A stretch of 64,000 bases of DNA. Source: Mayamaea pseudoterrestris (Eukaryota). The notes under the pieces were generated by a model. The model had not been told where the DNA came from. It was given only the letters and a program-made list of their open reading frames with translations, and made no database searches. Below are positions 34,103 to 44,314 of the stretch, piece by piece (position 1 is the first letter of the stretch; every line of letters begins with the position of its first letter). A program made the translations under genes and the position numbers. The DNA lies in contig BROI01000003.1 of the NCBI GenBank assembly GCA_027923505.1, positions 372,001 through 436,000 on the forward strand. The letters run 5' to 3'.

Positions 34103-36022
34103 ATGCCGTCCGTTGAGACTTCTCAGATGGTGCAGGCTGATGATCCGGACGACCCGATTGCCACGAGAAACCTCAATTCACTCAATGCTGCCTACGAAAC
34201 GGCATCGGTATTGACGGCGAGCAATCCGCCCTTGGTTGGAAGTGGCGCCGTAAGCGTAGTTCCAGATTTGATGGAAGTCTACGAAAACATGACAAAGAGC
34301 AGTACGCCGCAGGATGTTGTTGGAGGGTCCTCGTCACAAACGAATGCCTCGAAACCGGATGAAACATCCTATGCAGGACCTTACTACACGAAGCAACAAC
34401 AAAATACACAGCACTTGCAGTGGATGCAGAACGGAGCAGCAATGGAATTCACAGTTCCTCCAATTCCAGAGGAAGCACTAGCAGCTTTGTCCGACCCTCC
34501 ACAACTGATTAATTCTACTTCAACTGCGACGGAGCTCGCAACTACATCGCCTACAACATCTTCAAACACTAGCTCTGCATCCGCCGTGACGGCTCGCCGC
34601 AGCAATAAGCGACCGCAAGCAAGCATAAGTAAAGATAGTGACACGAATAGCAACAGTAATGCTGCGTCGCCAGCAAATACTCAAAACGATTCCGAATCAG
34701 ACGAGACGGATAATGGTCGCAACTCGCGACGGAAAACCAAGTCCGACAAGGAAAAGAATGATGGACGATGGTCCAAGCGATTCACTTGGCCGGAGAATTT
34801 GCATCGAGACTTTTGTTCCGCTATTTTTGACGTTGGATTAAAGCATGCTAGTCCGACGCAAGTTATGGAATTCATGCCCAAGCATACGGATATTACTTCG
34901 GAGCGAATCAAGAGCCATTTACAAAAGTATCGGTTACATCGATCCAAAAACAAACAGGAATTCATGTCATCCTTTGATGCGACGCTGAAGAATTTGAAAC
35001 TGAATGGGATTGATCCGACTGTAAAGTCACTGGCTGGCGGCGAAATGGCAGCGTATTTGGCGTACTCGGAATGTACCGATCAAAAGGGTGGCAAGTTGAA
35101 CAGCAATAAACACACTAACGAAGAACCGAATCCAAAAGCAGCCGGCGCAGCCAAAGAAGACAAGAAATTAGCTGTCGCTGATCAGCCAATGCAAGGTTGC
35201 CTTATCATTCCTCGACTCAGCGAAGTCGAAAAGACATCGCCACTTGGAATGTCTCTTGGCTACTTGATGGGTCTCTTCTTTAGTCTCAAGCAACAGCTCA
35301 TGACGCAGCGTGCTGCCCAAGCCGGTCATGTACATTTCGCACCTTCGACAATGTCATTGCATCCACCGGCAATTACGGCACTGGAAGCGTTTGCCAAGCC
35401 TGGTACAATGACTACAACTGTCGGCATTAACTTTGACATGAAGGTCAAGGGACTTGGACAAGCATCTTTGACTCTGCCAGACGGAGCGACTGCGGCTCAG
35501 CGAAGCAATCTAGAGGAAAGCACGCTTATGAAACGCGAAATGGACAACCAGATGGCCTTTCAAAACAAAATGCGTGCATTGAAGCAACAGGAACTCAACA
35601 AATATCGGACAACATCATCCGAGTCAGAAACCGTGAGGCACCCTGCCGACGACCACCATCATCATGCAGGCGCAGACGATAGAAGTCACCACTTGCCGGA
35701 TCTTGCACCGCAACATCATTCACTGTCACACAACATGTCCCATTCTCATCCTCCACAACATTCACAATACCAGCACGATGGGCACCATCACTATTCAACG
35801 AATGATGCCTCCGTCGACTATCAGCAGCAACATCACCATCATCAACCTCACGACGACCCTGCGTCGGATCACTTCCACCAGGACGACCATAGTGATCATG
35901 ATGGTGGTAGCAGCGGCGGCGGCAGAACACGAGGCATGTCCCTGGGTGGGCAACACGACGACTTTTGGAATAACACCGACATGATGGACGACCAGCTTTT
36001 TGAGTTCTTATTGAATAATTAA
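34103..36022 (+). CDS. GARP/G2-like SHAQKYF-class MYB transcription factor (PHR1/PSR1-type DNA-binding domain) with His-rich tail
   Basis: RFTWPENLHRDFCSAIFDVG...SPTQVMEFM...IKSHLQKYR, a coiled-coil-like EMDNQMAFQNKMRALKQQE, and an acidic FW..DDQLFEFL end. Confidence 0.85.
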   Translation: MPSVETSQMVQADDPDDPIATRNLNSLNAAYETASVLTASNPPLVGSGAVSVVPDLMEVYENMTKSSTPQDVVGGSSSQTNASKPDETSYAGPYYTKQQQNTQHLQWMQNGAAMEFTVPPIPEEALAALSDPPQLINSTSTATELATTSPTTSSNTSSASAVTARRSNKRPQASISKDSDTNSNSNAASPANTQNDSESDETDNGRNSRRKTKSDKEKNDGRWSKRFTWPENLHRDFCSAIFDVGLKHASPTQVMEFMPKHTDITSERIKSHLQKYRLHRSKNKQEFMSSFDATLKNLKLNGIDPTVKSLAGGEMAAYLAYSECTDQKGGKLNSNKHTNEEPNPKAAGAAKEDKKLAVADQPMQGCLIIPRLSEVEKTSPLGMSLGYLMGLFFSLKQQLMTQRAAQAGHVHFAPSTMSLHPPAITALEAFAKPGTMTTTVGINFDMKVKGLGQASLTLPDGATAAQRSNLEESTLMKREMDNQMAFQNKMRALKQQELNKYRTTSSESETVRHPADDHHHHAGADDRSHHLPDLAPQHHSLSHNMSHSHPPQHSQYQHDGHHHYSTNDASVDYQQQHHHHQPHDDPASDHFHQDDHSDHDGGSSGGGRTRGMSLGGQHDDFWNNTDMMDDQLFEFLLNN

Positions 36023-36046
36023 CAAACAATTATTACTTTTCAATTC

Positions 36047-36997
36047 TTATATTTCATTAGCTATTCGACTGGAGACCGACAAGCACCAGGCAATGTCGCG
36101 CGGGGTGAAGCTTCGCGCCTGATTGGATCCCAGGACTATAATACGAGACTGTCCAGCCGGCAAGATCAACACAGCCTGCGTGTTGCTCGGAAGGTATGTA
36201 AACTCTATTCTGCCCGGCAAGTTTTGCAGCGTCGGTAGATACGTTTCTTGTTGCAGCGCAGCATTCATGTTGCATCGATCAATAATCGGAGTGCTGGAAG
36301 GAACTTGAATTTGCGTATCTATTGGTAGAACGCCTTTCAATGCCACAATCGACCATGATTGATCATCATTGTTATATTGCAAAAGCACTGCACTCATTGT
36401 CGGCGTCGCTGCAATGATCGCCGAAAGGCCCCATTCGATCGTTGCCTTCTCGTGGTTCGTCATGCGAGTCGCACCGTCAAGAAACGAAACGTCGTCCTGT
36501 AATGTCCCAATGAGTTCCACCTGTTCGGCCAATACTGTATCAACGTTGAGTTTTGAGACTCCATTCACCAATACGGATCCGCAGGCAAGCAGCGCCAGTA
36601 GATTGGACCTTGTCTCTTGCTCCAAGACGGCAGTTGACGTTTCCGGTTCGTCAAACGACGACGCAAACCATAATCGATTCACCAATAGTATCAGCACGCC
36701 AATGAGACCAAAGGCAATGGAACTCATGTCCGAAGTGATAAAGGAAAGAATGGAGTCTACTGGGTTTGTTGTCACTGAATCGTCGAAGGTGGCTGCTTCG
36801 GAGAAGCGCACGCGAGGTTCTTGGGGTGAAGTGCCATCATTGTCAGCATCGAAAGGCGACTGTCGAAGTTGATGGCTCGTTCGATCTATTTGCTTTTGAG
36901 TAGTAAAAGCATGTATATGACAGCTGCTCCAAAGTAGGATGCAAAAAAGCAGCAAGTAGTTTAAAAAACGAACGCACCGACGCGAAGGATCCGCCAT
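36047..36997 (-). CDS. CCB4: Cofactor assembly of complex C subunit B (CCB2/CCB4 family, CCB4-like), plastid-targeted
   Basis: Signal peptide followed by IHA-F, two TM segments, RSNLLALL and LPGRIEFTYLPSNTQAVLILP...VLGSNQARSFTPRDIAW. Confidence 0.78.
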   Translation of the reverse strand: MADPSRRCVRFLNYLLLFCILLWSSCHIHAFTTQKQIDRTSHQLRQSPFDADNDGTSPQEPRVRFSEAATFDDSVTTNPVDSILSFITSDMSSIAFGLIGVLILLVNRLWFASSFDEPETSTAVLEQETRSNLLALLACGSVLVNGVSKLNVDTVLAEQVELIGTLQDDVSFLDGATRMTNHEKATIEWGLSAIIAATPTMSAVLLQYNNDDQSWSIVALKGVLPIDTQIQVPSSTPIIDRCNMNAALQQETYLPTLQNLPGRIEFTYLPSNTQAVLILPAGQSRIIVLGSNQARSFTPRDIAWCLSVSSRIANEI

Positions 36998-37150
36998 GGT
37001 CGAATTGTGTGTCATTCGTCGCGCGCTCGATTTCACGTCGCACCATGACTCAGTCGTCGCAGCACGACCCAAAGTTCGCAGAACAAAAATCGAACCAACG
37101 TTTGACACAAAATTCGGCCGTCACCTCTATTCTTCTTCCTCACTCCGACC

Positions 37151-38770
37151 ATGATGGAGGAGCCGCTCCTGACTCGCATCCTTCGCGAAGACATTAATGA
37201 TCAAGACATCATGGATCATGTAGATCATGACGACGCGTTGACGAGACCACCTTCTTCGTTACCATCCACTGGCTCGTCTTCTGCTTCCGCCATTTTCAAC
37301 TTTACCAACGCCATGATTGGAGCAGGTTGCCTTGGACTGGGCAGCGCCATGGCCAAGTCGGGCGGCCTACTGAGTATTTTGACACTCGTCGTCTTTGCCT
37401 GGCTCTTCAAGCAGTCGCTGGATTTGTTGATTGCACTGAGTTTGCGCCATGACGCGCCAACGTATGAAGGACTGGCGCAACTCGCGCTGGGCCACTATGG
37501 AAGACTGGGACTCATGGCGAGCAAGTTTCTCTACTCGTTTGGATGTCTCGTGGCCTACGTCGTGGTTGTCAAGGATAATTTGGGACCGGCGTTGCAGAGT
37601 TTGTTGTTTGGAAATGAGGGAGACGGCAGCTACGATGATGACACGATTATGTCAACCATGCACGCAATGTTAAAGAACGACGTTGTGGTCACTTGGAGCG
37701 TTGGAGTATTGGTCATGCTTCCACTCTGCTTGCTTCGCGACATGACGCCGCTCGCAACCTTTAGTGTTGTTTCCGTGTTTGGAATGATTACGATTACAGC
37801 CATTGTCATTTACCTGTTTGCGTCACCAACAAGTTCGGAATCAATTCGCATGCCAGGGGTAGGAACACTCTACGAGCACTGGTTTGAGATACGTCCTGCC
37901 TACTTGGAATGCTTGGGAACCTTTGTGTTTACCTACGCGTCGCAGCATGTGGTTCACATGGCGTTTTCCTCGCTCAAGCCAGAGTTGCGCACGTTGGAGG
38001 AGTGGCAAACCATTTCCAAGTACGCCATTGGCTTGTCAGCCTTTGTCTCAACAACTGTTGGGGTCTTTGTCTACATGACATTTTGGGAGTCGACGGAGAG
38101 TGACATTTTTGACATGTATCCAAGCATACCCATTGTGAACTTGGCCAAGATGCTACTGTGCTTTACTTTACTTTTGACATTTCCACTTCCATTCTTTACA
38201 TGCCGAGAGCTGTTTTTGCTCTTCATCACGACGGCCGACAATGACGAAGAGGCTGATTTGCGACTCATTGAGACAACGCCAAGCACACACGACAATCCTG
38301 ATGATCCCTTGCTGGAGCTGGAGTCATGCTCGTTGGATGGCAGTGCTGGACATTTACCAGGCAGGACGAGGCATGTTCGCGTATCCTCGTTTCATGATTC
38401 CGCGATATCCAGACAGCTCTGCTTTGACGACGATGAGGACGAAATCTGGAGGTTTAGTGGGTGGAGGTCTCGTGTGTTTCGCTCGCCGATTCAAGACTTG
38501 CAGCTCAAGCTTCCTTATCATTTCATATGGACCATCACCATGTGGTTCATCGTCATTTATCTAGCCATTGCAGCTCCCAATTTGGGCGATGTATTGAATG
38601 TGGTCGGCTGCGCATCAGGCACAATGATTGCGTTTCTGTTTCCTGGTGCGATTGCATATCGGCTGGAAGGTTATAGCTGGAAAGCAGCCTTGATTTTTGG
38701 AACCGGTCTGGTGATTGCACCAGTAGGAACGTACTTCAGCGTTAAGAAACTTATTGAGGATTTGATATAG
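37151..38770 (+). CDS. Amino acid transporter (AAAP/SLC38-like)
   Basis: AIFNFTNAMIGAGCLGL, TYEGLAQLALG, LPLCLLRD, FTYASQH and TFPLPFFTCRE; about 11 TM segments; N-terminal EEPLL sorting-type motif. Confidence 0.9.
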   Translation: MMEEPLLTRILREDINDQDIMDHVDHDDALTRPPSSLPSTGSSSASAIFNFTNAMIGAGCLGLGSAMAKSGGLLSILTLVVFAWLFKQSLDLLIALSLRHDAPTYEGLAQLALGHYGRLGLMASKFLYSFGCLVAYVVVVKDNLGPALQSLLFGNEGDGSYDDDTIMSTMHAMLKNDVVVTWSVGVLVMLPLCLLRDMTPLATFSVVSVFGMITITAIVIYLFASPTSSESIRMPGVGTLYEHWFEIRPAYLECLGTFVFTYASQHVVHMAFSSLKPELRTLEEWQTISKYAIGLSAFVSTTVGVFVYMTFWESTESDIFDMYPSIPIVNLAKMLLCFTLLLTFPLPFFTCRELFLLFITTADNDEEADLRLIETTPSTHDNPDDPLLELESCSLDGSAGHLPGRTRHVRVSSFHDSAISRQLCFDDDEDEIWRFSGWRSRVFRSPIQDLQLKLPYHFIWTITMWFIVIYLAIAAPNLGDVLNVVGCASGTMIAFLFPGAIAYRLEGYSWKAALIFGTGLVIAPVGTYFSVKKLIEDLI

Positions 38771-39069
38771 CATACACATAGTTTCTGCTCCATTTACTTT
38801 AGTCTGTCGCAAGTTAGAATATTACACAAATTCGCTGCAGTTGGCATGATTGACTATCATTACATAGCTGAATGTTGATGTCCGATTGACATACTCCATA
38901 GTATTTAGTCACGCTTCCCGATGAATGACGTGGACTTTATCGTTTTCGTTTTCCTCGACCTGACGCCTGCCGACGATGACGATGGTTGCGTTCACCTTGA
39001 CAGCGACAACACCTTATCCTGATTCATTCTATCACAAGCGTCTCAACTGACAAGTTACACACATAAACG

Positions 39070-39473
39070 ATGAAGTCATCCTTGCGCCTTTCCTCAGCTA
39101 TCATGCTCCTCGCATGCCTCTGCGCCGCGACTGCGTTCACCAGCCCAAAGCTTCCAGTTATAGCGACGCGATCGAGAGTCTCACAGACCACACCTCCACT
39201 GTTCGGCTTTTTGGGTGACAAGGAGCGGGACGGCCTAACGCGAGACTCGGAGCCGGATCAGTTCTTTTCAACGTGAGTTTGTCAGCGCGGGGGGTCATCA
39301 GGCTCGACGTACGTTCGTGATGCTTAACTCACTAATTGTCTGTTCTTCTCATCGTTTATAGCAACACGGACAAGATGACTGACGCGGAAAAGCTACCCAT
39401 TGCCCTCGCAGGAATTGCCTTTATTACTGTTCCCTTTATCGCCGGGCTGATTGCTTTGTACGCTTCCAAATGA
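39070..39473 (+). CDS. Small plastid-targeted single-pass membrane protein, 2 exons (39070-39272, 39362-39473)
   Basis: Signal peptide plus ATA-F and a transit peptide. Intron GTGAGT...TATAG gives ...EPDQFFST|NTDKMTDAEKLPIALAGIAFITVPFIAGLIALYASK*. Confidence 0.75.
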
Positions 39474-40241
39474 ACAAGATATGGAAGATTTCCTGCAAGA
39501 CTCGCAGGTTGGCGCTGTTGCCTGTTGTGAATTCGAACACTGACTGAGAACTAAACCAAACTGAGAATGCCAAATAAATGCTATATCAAAGCGCTAACAA
39601 AATTTACCGGTAGTGAGTTTACTTTGTTGTCATACTTGCTCAATGGCCAACCAGTACGCCACTTTGTAGGTCCAGGCGCTAGTGATCTGCTGCTTGAGTT
39701 GGCACTATGCTGTATAAATAAACTAGGAGATCTTGCAGATATCTCATTCTTCGTTTGATAAATAAGAAAGCATCACACATACTGTGCTTGGATGTTGTAA
39801 GCGCTTGACATGCTGTTCTGAAAGGTGATACATAGCTAAGTTGATGGCGCGCCCGCGTGTCCAGAAATCGGACATGCTCATCGAATTTCGATCAGCAAAC
39901 TACGCCCCTCCGTGACGTGTTGATGTCCGCGCTTCGGACACTCCTTAGAGAACTCTCGGGAAGGCAAGCTAATCATGGATTATAGAGGCTATTACAAGCG
40001 GTCGCAGAGAAGTTCATTGCGGGTTCTGCGGTTCTTGGCTTCAATTGCCATGACGCGCCGGCCAATCGGAACGGAAGGTTCCATCCGGTTTGGACGAGTT
40101 CTTTGGCCAAAGCTGAGCGCCCTTCTTCCGCGTCGAAGACCTGCGTGCCCCTTGGAATAACTTACACAAATAATCGAATCGACTCAAGTCCTTCGAGTCG
40201 CCAAGTTGTTATTACTTTATTGACGATAGACTACCACCAAC

Positions 40242-41413
40242 ATGCCTCCATTCACAGAAGTCATGGGTTTGGACAATGAAAGCTTTAGCTCGGCGTTGAG
40301 CGTTAGCGGATCCGGCCACCTCCGACACAAGATATTTCCAGACCGAATGCTAAATTTCCAACAATTCGGCTCTATCGAAACCGACACTGAAGCTACAAGG
40401 GACTGCTACATAAAAGAGTTTGCCCTTGCGCTGCAACAACTAGAGGACCAAGTCGAGCACCTCCTGGAGACGCAGAGTGTGGACGAGTCAATCGCTTCCT
40501 CATCTCCAGTCAACGACGCGTGTGTCTACAGTCTACGTCACAAGATGCCTCATTTTCTGCAGAGAGCATCCTTACTCATTGATCAGCTCAAGAAGCAAAA
40601 GGTCAATGAGCTCGTGGTGGCGAAACTTCGCTGCAGCTTTGGCATGGCAGCTGCTGTCCAATTTTTGGACACGATCGAGTACGGTCTAGCTTGTCCAGCC
40701 CGAGAAATCATTGATGAGCGATTGTCCATGCTACTTGACGAGGTGGCTCGATTGACCGACAATGACCCGTATTTCAAGTTTCGCGTTTCCAACTGGGCCG
40801 CACCTTCGCTCAAGCTGGCCTTTGACTTGCCGGCAAGCAAACCAGCGACAGTTGACATTCGAAACAGCTTCCCCATTTCCGTCACGGTTGAACCAATTGT
40901 CACATACCCGGCGGAAGATTTGTACAGTATATATAAAGAGCTTTCCAAGCCTCGCATTTGTTCAGTGGAGATTGAGCAGTGCAAGCACACTCGTCTCGGG
41001 TTTGCCGAGGGCGCTGGCGTCATTGGAACGGCCTGCGTCAAGATTCGATTGACGCCCATGCATGGGCAAGGTTCATCAAACGACCTTCGTTCCTCTTCTT
41101 GGGGATCAAGGCACAGTCTTGACAAGATTGTCATCAAAGAGGCGAGGGTGTAAGTGCATCATCATTGTCGGATGGCATGATATCTGGCTCAATTTGTCAA
41201 TCGAAACTAACGCACGTCCCAATATGCATCTGCTTTCTTCTAAGCATTCAAGAGAACTCGTATCCGCCGAAACCTCGCACTGCAGTTGATCTTTACACGT
41301 CGGAGGGACACGGCGACCCGGGCGTTACCATTACACTTATCATCAAAACTTGCGAAACTGAGCATGGCGAATCACCCAAGCTAAGCATTGGCTTGTCTTT
41401 GGCCACGCTTTGA
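40242..41413 (+). CDS. Hypothetical protein, 2 exons (40242-41149, 41245-41413)
   Basis: The 303-aa ORF ends inside a GTAAGT donor. An ACTAAC branch site and TTCTAAG acceptor join it in frame to ...VIQENSYPPKPR...LATL*. Confidence 0.65.
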
Positions 41414-41831
41414 CTGAAAATGTGTCAGGCGCAGCTGTTGAAGAGATGATGTATATCTCTGCTCACCTGTACTTTCGCCCTTCCATGCATTGCCATCCGC
41501 TGTACATCCTATAGCCGTCACTACTGGTCGCAGCCTTACGTTAAGAGCGCTCACAGCCAAATCATCATTTAATATTTAGTTTCACTGCTACTTACCTAGC
41601 ACCATGTTGTATTTCATCTCCAGTTCTTTGCACTGCTAAATGAAAGGACCGAAAAAGTGTGTAGCGTTTGAGCGTGTGTTGGTGCGACAAATCTTGCTTT
41701 GATTGCCTCGCACACCGCGCAGCACGACTGCGTCGCCACCATGGGCGCGTATCTCACATTATTCTTAGCTTTGCAACGAGCAAGCCACCCTGCTTGTTAT
41801 TAGAGGCGTTTGACGAGTAATTCGATTAATC

Positions 41832-42839
41832 ATGCGCTTCAAGGCCAAGCTTGTTCCCGAGCAATTGTCGCTACTGAGCCAGCTCGTCGTGCCACTCGCT
41901 CGCATTGCTGGCTCCTCCACGGAAGGCTGGACGAAGAATGGCAGCGTCCTTTCCATTGACAACAATCATTTGCGTATTTGCGTCAAGGGAAGATCGAATG
42001 ATACAGAAGACATTCGATGCTTCGCGGAGCTTGTCACTAAGGATGGCATCTTTTTGGACTATCGCATCGAGAGTGCAGCTGAAAACAATGCCATTGTCAT
42101 GGAGGTGGATCTAGCACAGTTCAAGGTGGCACTTCAGTCCCTTGCCAGCGGCGGAGGAAAGTCATCGTCTGCAGATGCTAATGCAAATCACGCTCTTGAT
42201 TCATCGTTCATGTCGACCATTATCCATATCAAGCTCGCCAAACGAAACCAAATTCCGTGCCTCTGCTTTGATGCAATCACCCAAGGTTCGATTCATGTTT
42301 ACTATTCACTCCCTGTTCGTATTCTACGACCATCCGAAATGCAACATTACCAACCTCCGCCGATTAATGTAACTGCAAGCATGCTCCAGTTGCAACTGTT
42401 GCGCGACAAGCCGCTCAAACCCGTGCTGGAAGGCTTGCGGCCGCTCAGCAACACCGTCGTGCTGGAGGCAACGGCGCAGGGAGAATTGACCGTGACGGTC
42501 GATACGGATGGCGCCATGATTCGAGCTTTTTACAGTCAAATGCCAGTTTTGGAAACGGCGCATGCGCAGCAGCAATATGGTAATGAACAAGTTCCTTCAT
42601 CGGCGCAGCAGCAGCAACAAGGGTCGAATGCGACTCCAGCAATGGTTCGCGTCAAGCTTGATACCAAGAAACTAGTTGCATGCTTGCAGTGGCAGTGGTC
42701 CATGGTTTCGTCGGCTCGCATTTGCTTGCTGGAGAATGAAATGGTCATTCTGCATGTCCATCTTTATCCGCGGCAGGTTGGTCAATTATCGTATTACATT
42801 CCGGTCCAGTATCTCTCTGCTGAAGGATACGATGGATGA
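41832..42839 (+). CDS. HUS1: Checkpoint clamp (9-1-1) subunit HUS1
   Basis: MRFKAKL, IFLDYRIES..NNAIVMEV, IKLAKRNQIPCLCF, LPVRIL, A..QGELTV.V and LSYYIP match the Hus1 PCNA-like pattern. Confidence 0.85.
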   Translation: MRFKAKLVPEQLSLLSQLVVPLARIAGSSTEGWTKNGSVLSIDNNHLRICVKGRSNDTEDIRCFAELVTKDGIFLDYRIESAAENNAIVMEVDLAQFKVALQSLASGGGKSSSADANANHALDSSFMSTIIHIKLAKRNQIPCLCFDAITQGSIHVYYSLPVRILRPSEMQHYQPPPINVTASMLQLQLLRDKPLKPVLEGLRPLSNTVVLEATAQGELTVTVDTDGAMIRAFYSQMPVLETAHAQQQYGNEQVPSSAQQQQQGSNATPAMVRVKLDTKKLVACLQWQWSMVSSARICLLENEMVILHVHLYPRQVGQLSYYIPVQYLSAEGYDG

Positions 42840-42931
42840 ATCAATACACGAGTATATCGATTACATTTTACTTACAAAAATAATGGCTTGATTTTATTGA
42901 TTTGAAGTTCTACGTCAATATCGCTTCTATA

Positions 42932-44020
42932 TCATTTAGAATCATCATTACCGCTCAAGCCAGCTTTATATCCCATGCTCGCCAAATGCTTGGCCATTAA
43001 ATGGTCCTTGGCCAAAATAGGTTCATACTTTGCCGGTTGGTCGTCGCGACAACAGGTTGACAATGGACTCACCAAGGCGTTGCCATGCACGTTGCAAAAG
43101 TAGGCCATGGACTGTCGCTGACTGTAACTGCCGCCATTATCATCCTTGACAGCAATGACTCGGTGCAAGGTACTCTTCCATTCATCATTGGTCCATCGTT
43201 GCATCATGTCGCCAAGGTTAATGATGAATACATCATCGTCGCGCAGCACCGGGACGTCGATCCATTGCAAAGGTCCATCGCGTGACTTTGCTTGAACCTG
43301 CAAGCCTGGTCCATTGGTTCGAAGTATGGTCAATGCGCCATAGTCTGTATGCTCGCCAGCTCGAATGCGAAACGAAGTAGCGGCATGGTCGTCAACGTCG
43401 CCGTCAATGGCCGGGTAGTTGAGCGTCCGCAGAGCGGACCAATGCTTGTCTAAGTATGAATCGAAGAAATGTTGCGCCGGCAGTTCTAACGCGACTGCAA
43501 AGACGCGCATCAGAATTAATGCCAGCCTCTCCATTGCCTCGTAATAGGCAGTCATGGCTGGTTCAAAGTTACTTGGATGAGCAGGAAATCGCCGAGTTGG
43601 CATTCCAGAGCCTTCAGGCGGCCCCAGTGAAAACGTCTCCTTCGTGTCTGGACGATTCTCGTCTGAATCTTCGCTGCAACCCTCTTCGTATTGATCATGA
43701 CTTTGATGGCGCCTCCTTCCCTCGATTAAGCATTCCGAGTTTTCGTAGCCGTAAGGATATGTGGCTTCGTCATTCGTCTTGGAAGCGAGCTTGGTTTCCA
43801 GCGGCAAGTCGAAAAATGCTTTGGATATTGACCATGCTGCATCTATAGTCGTTTTTGGTATTCCATGATGTTTAATGGCAAAGAAACCAACATTGCGGCA
43901 GGCTTGGTCGACTTGCTTGGCCACCTTCGAACGGGCCGATTCTGTGAAACCGTTTGGTTCCGTCCATGACTGCACGTCTATGAGTGGAATGCTCTGGTGA
44001 ATATGCGAGGAAGAAGACAT
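42932..44020 (-). CDS. 2-oxoglutarate/Fe(II)-dependent dioxygenase (IPNS/DIOX_N type)
   Basis: IPLIDV, ACRNVGFFAIKHHGI, HTDYGALTIL, INLGDMMQRWTND..STLHRV and RQS. Confidence 0.92.
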   Translation of the reverse strand: MSSSSHIHQSIPLIDVQSWTEPNGFTESARSKVAKQVDQACRNVGFFAIKHHGIPKTTIDAAWSISKAFFDLPLETKLASKTNDEATYPYGYENSECLIEGRRRHQSHDQYEEGCSEDSDENRPDTKETFSLGPPEGSGMPTRRFPAHPSNFEPAMTAYYEAMERLALILMRVFAVALELPAQHFFDSYLDKHWSALRTLNYPAIDGDVDDHAATSFRIRAGEHTDYGALTILRTNGPGLQVQAKSRDGPLQWIDVPVLRDDDVFIINLGDMMQRWTNDEWKSTLHRVIAVKDDNGGSYSQRQSMAYFCNVHGNALVSPLSTCCRDDQPAKYEPILAKDHLMAKHLASMGYKAGLSGNDDSK

Positions 44021-44314
44021 TTTACAATACAGTAGCACCAAATAAAGCAAGCTAGAATAATCTGCGGCCGTGCAAGGAAGAGTGATTGCTGGAAAGCGCC
44101 ATGGTCGCAGTTGCACGAAAGTGTATATTATAGTGAAAGAGGTAATGACCGCTGCGACACCTTAACGGGGAGATAACCGCTGCGATACTTGAATGCGCCG
44201 CGCCGTCGCGGCGGAGATTTCGCGACGAGTCGTCACAATCCTGCCATCATCGCCACGTTCCAAGCGACAAGGAGTGACTACGCTTGCTTTTTACAACAAG
44301 AGATCGATTGACTC

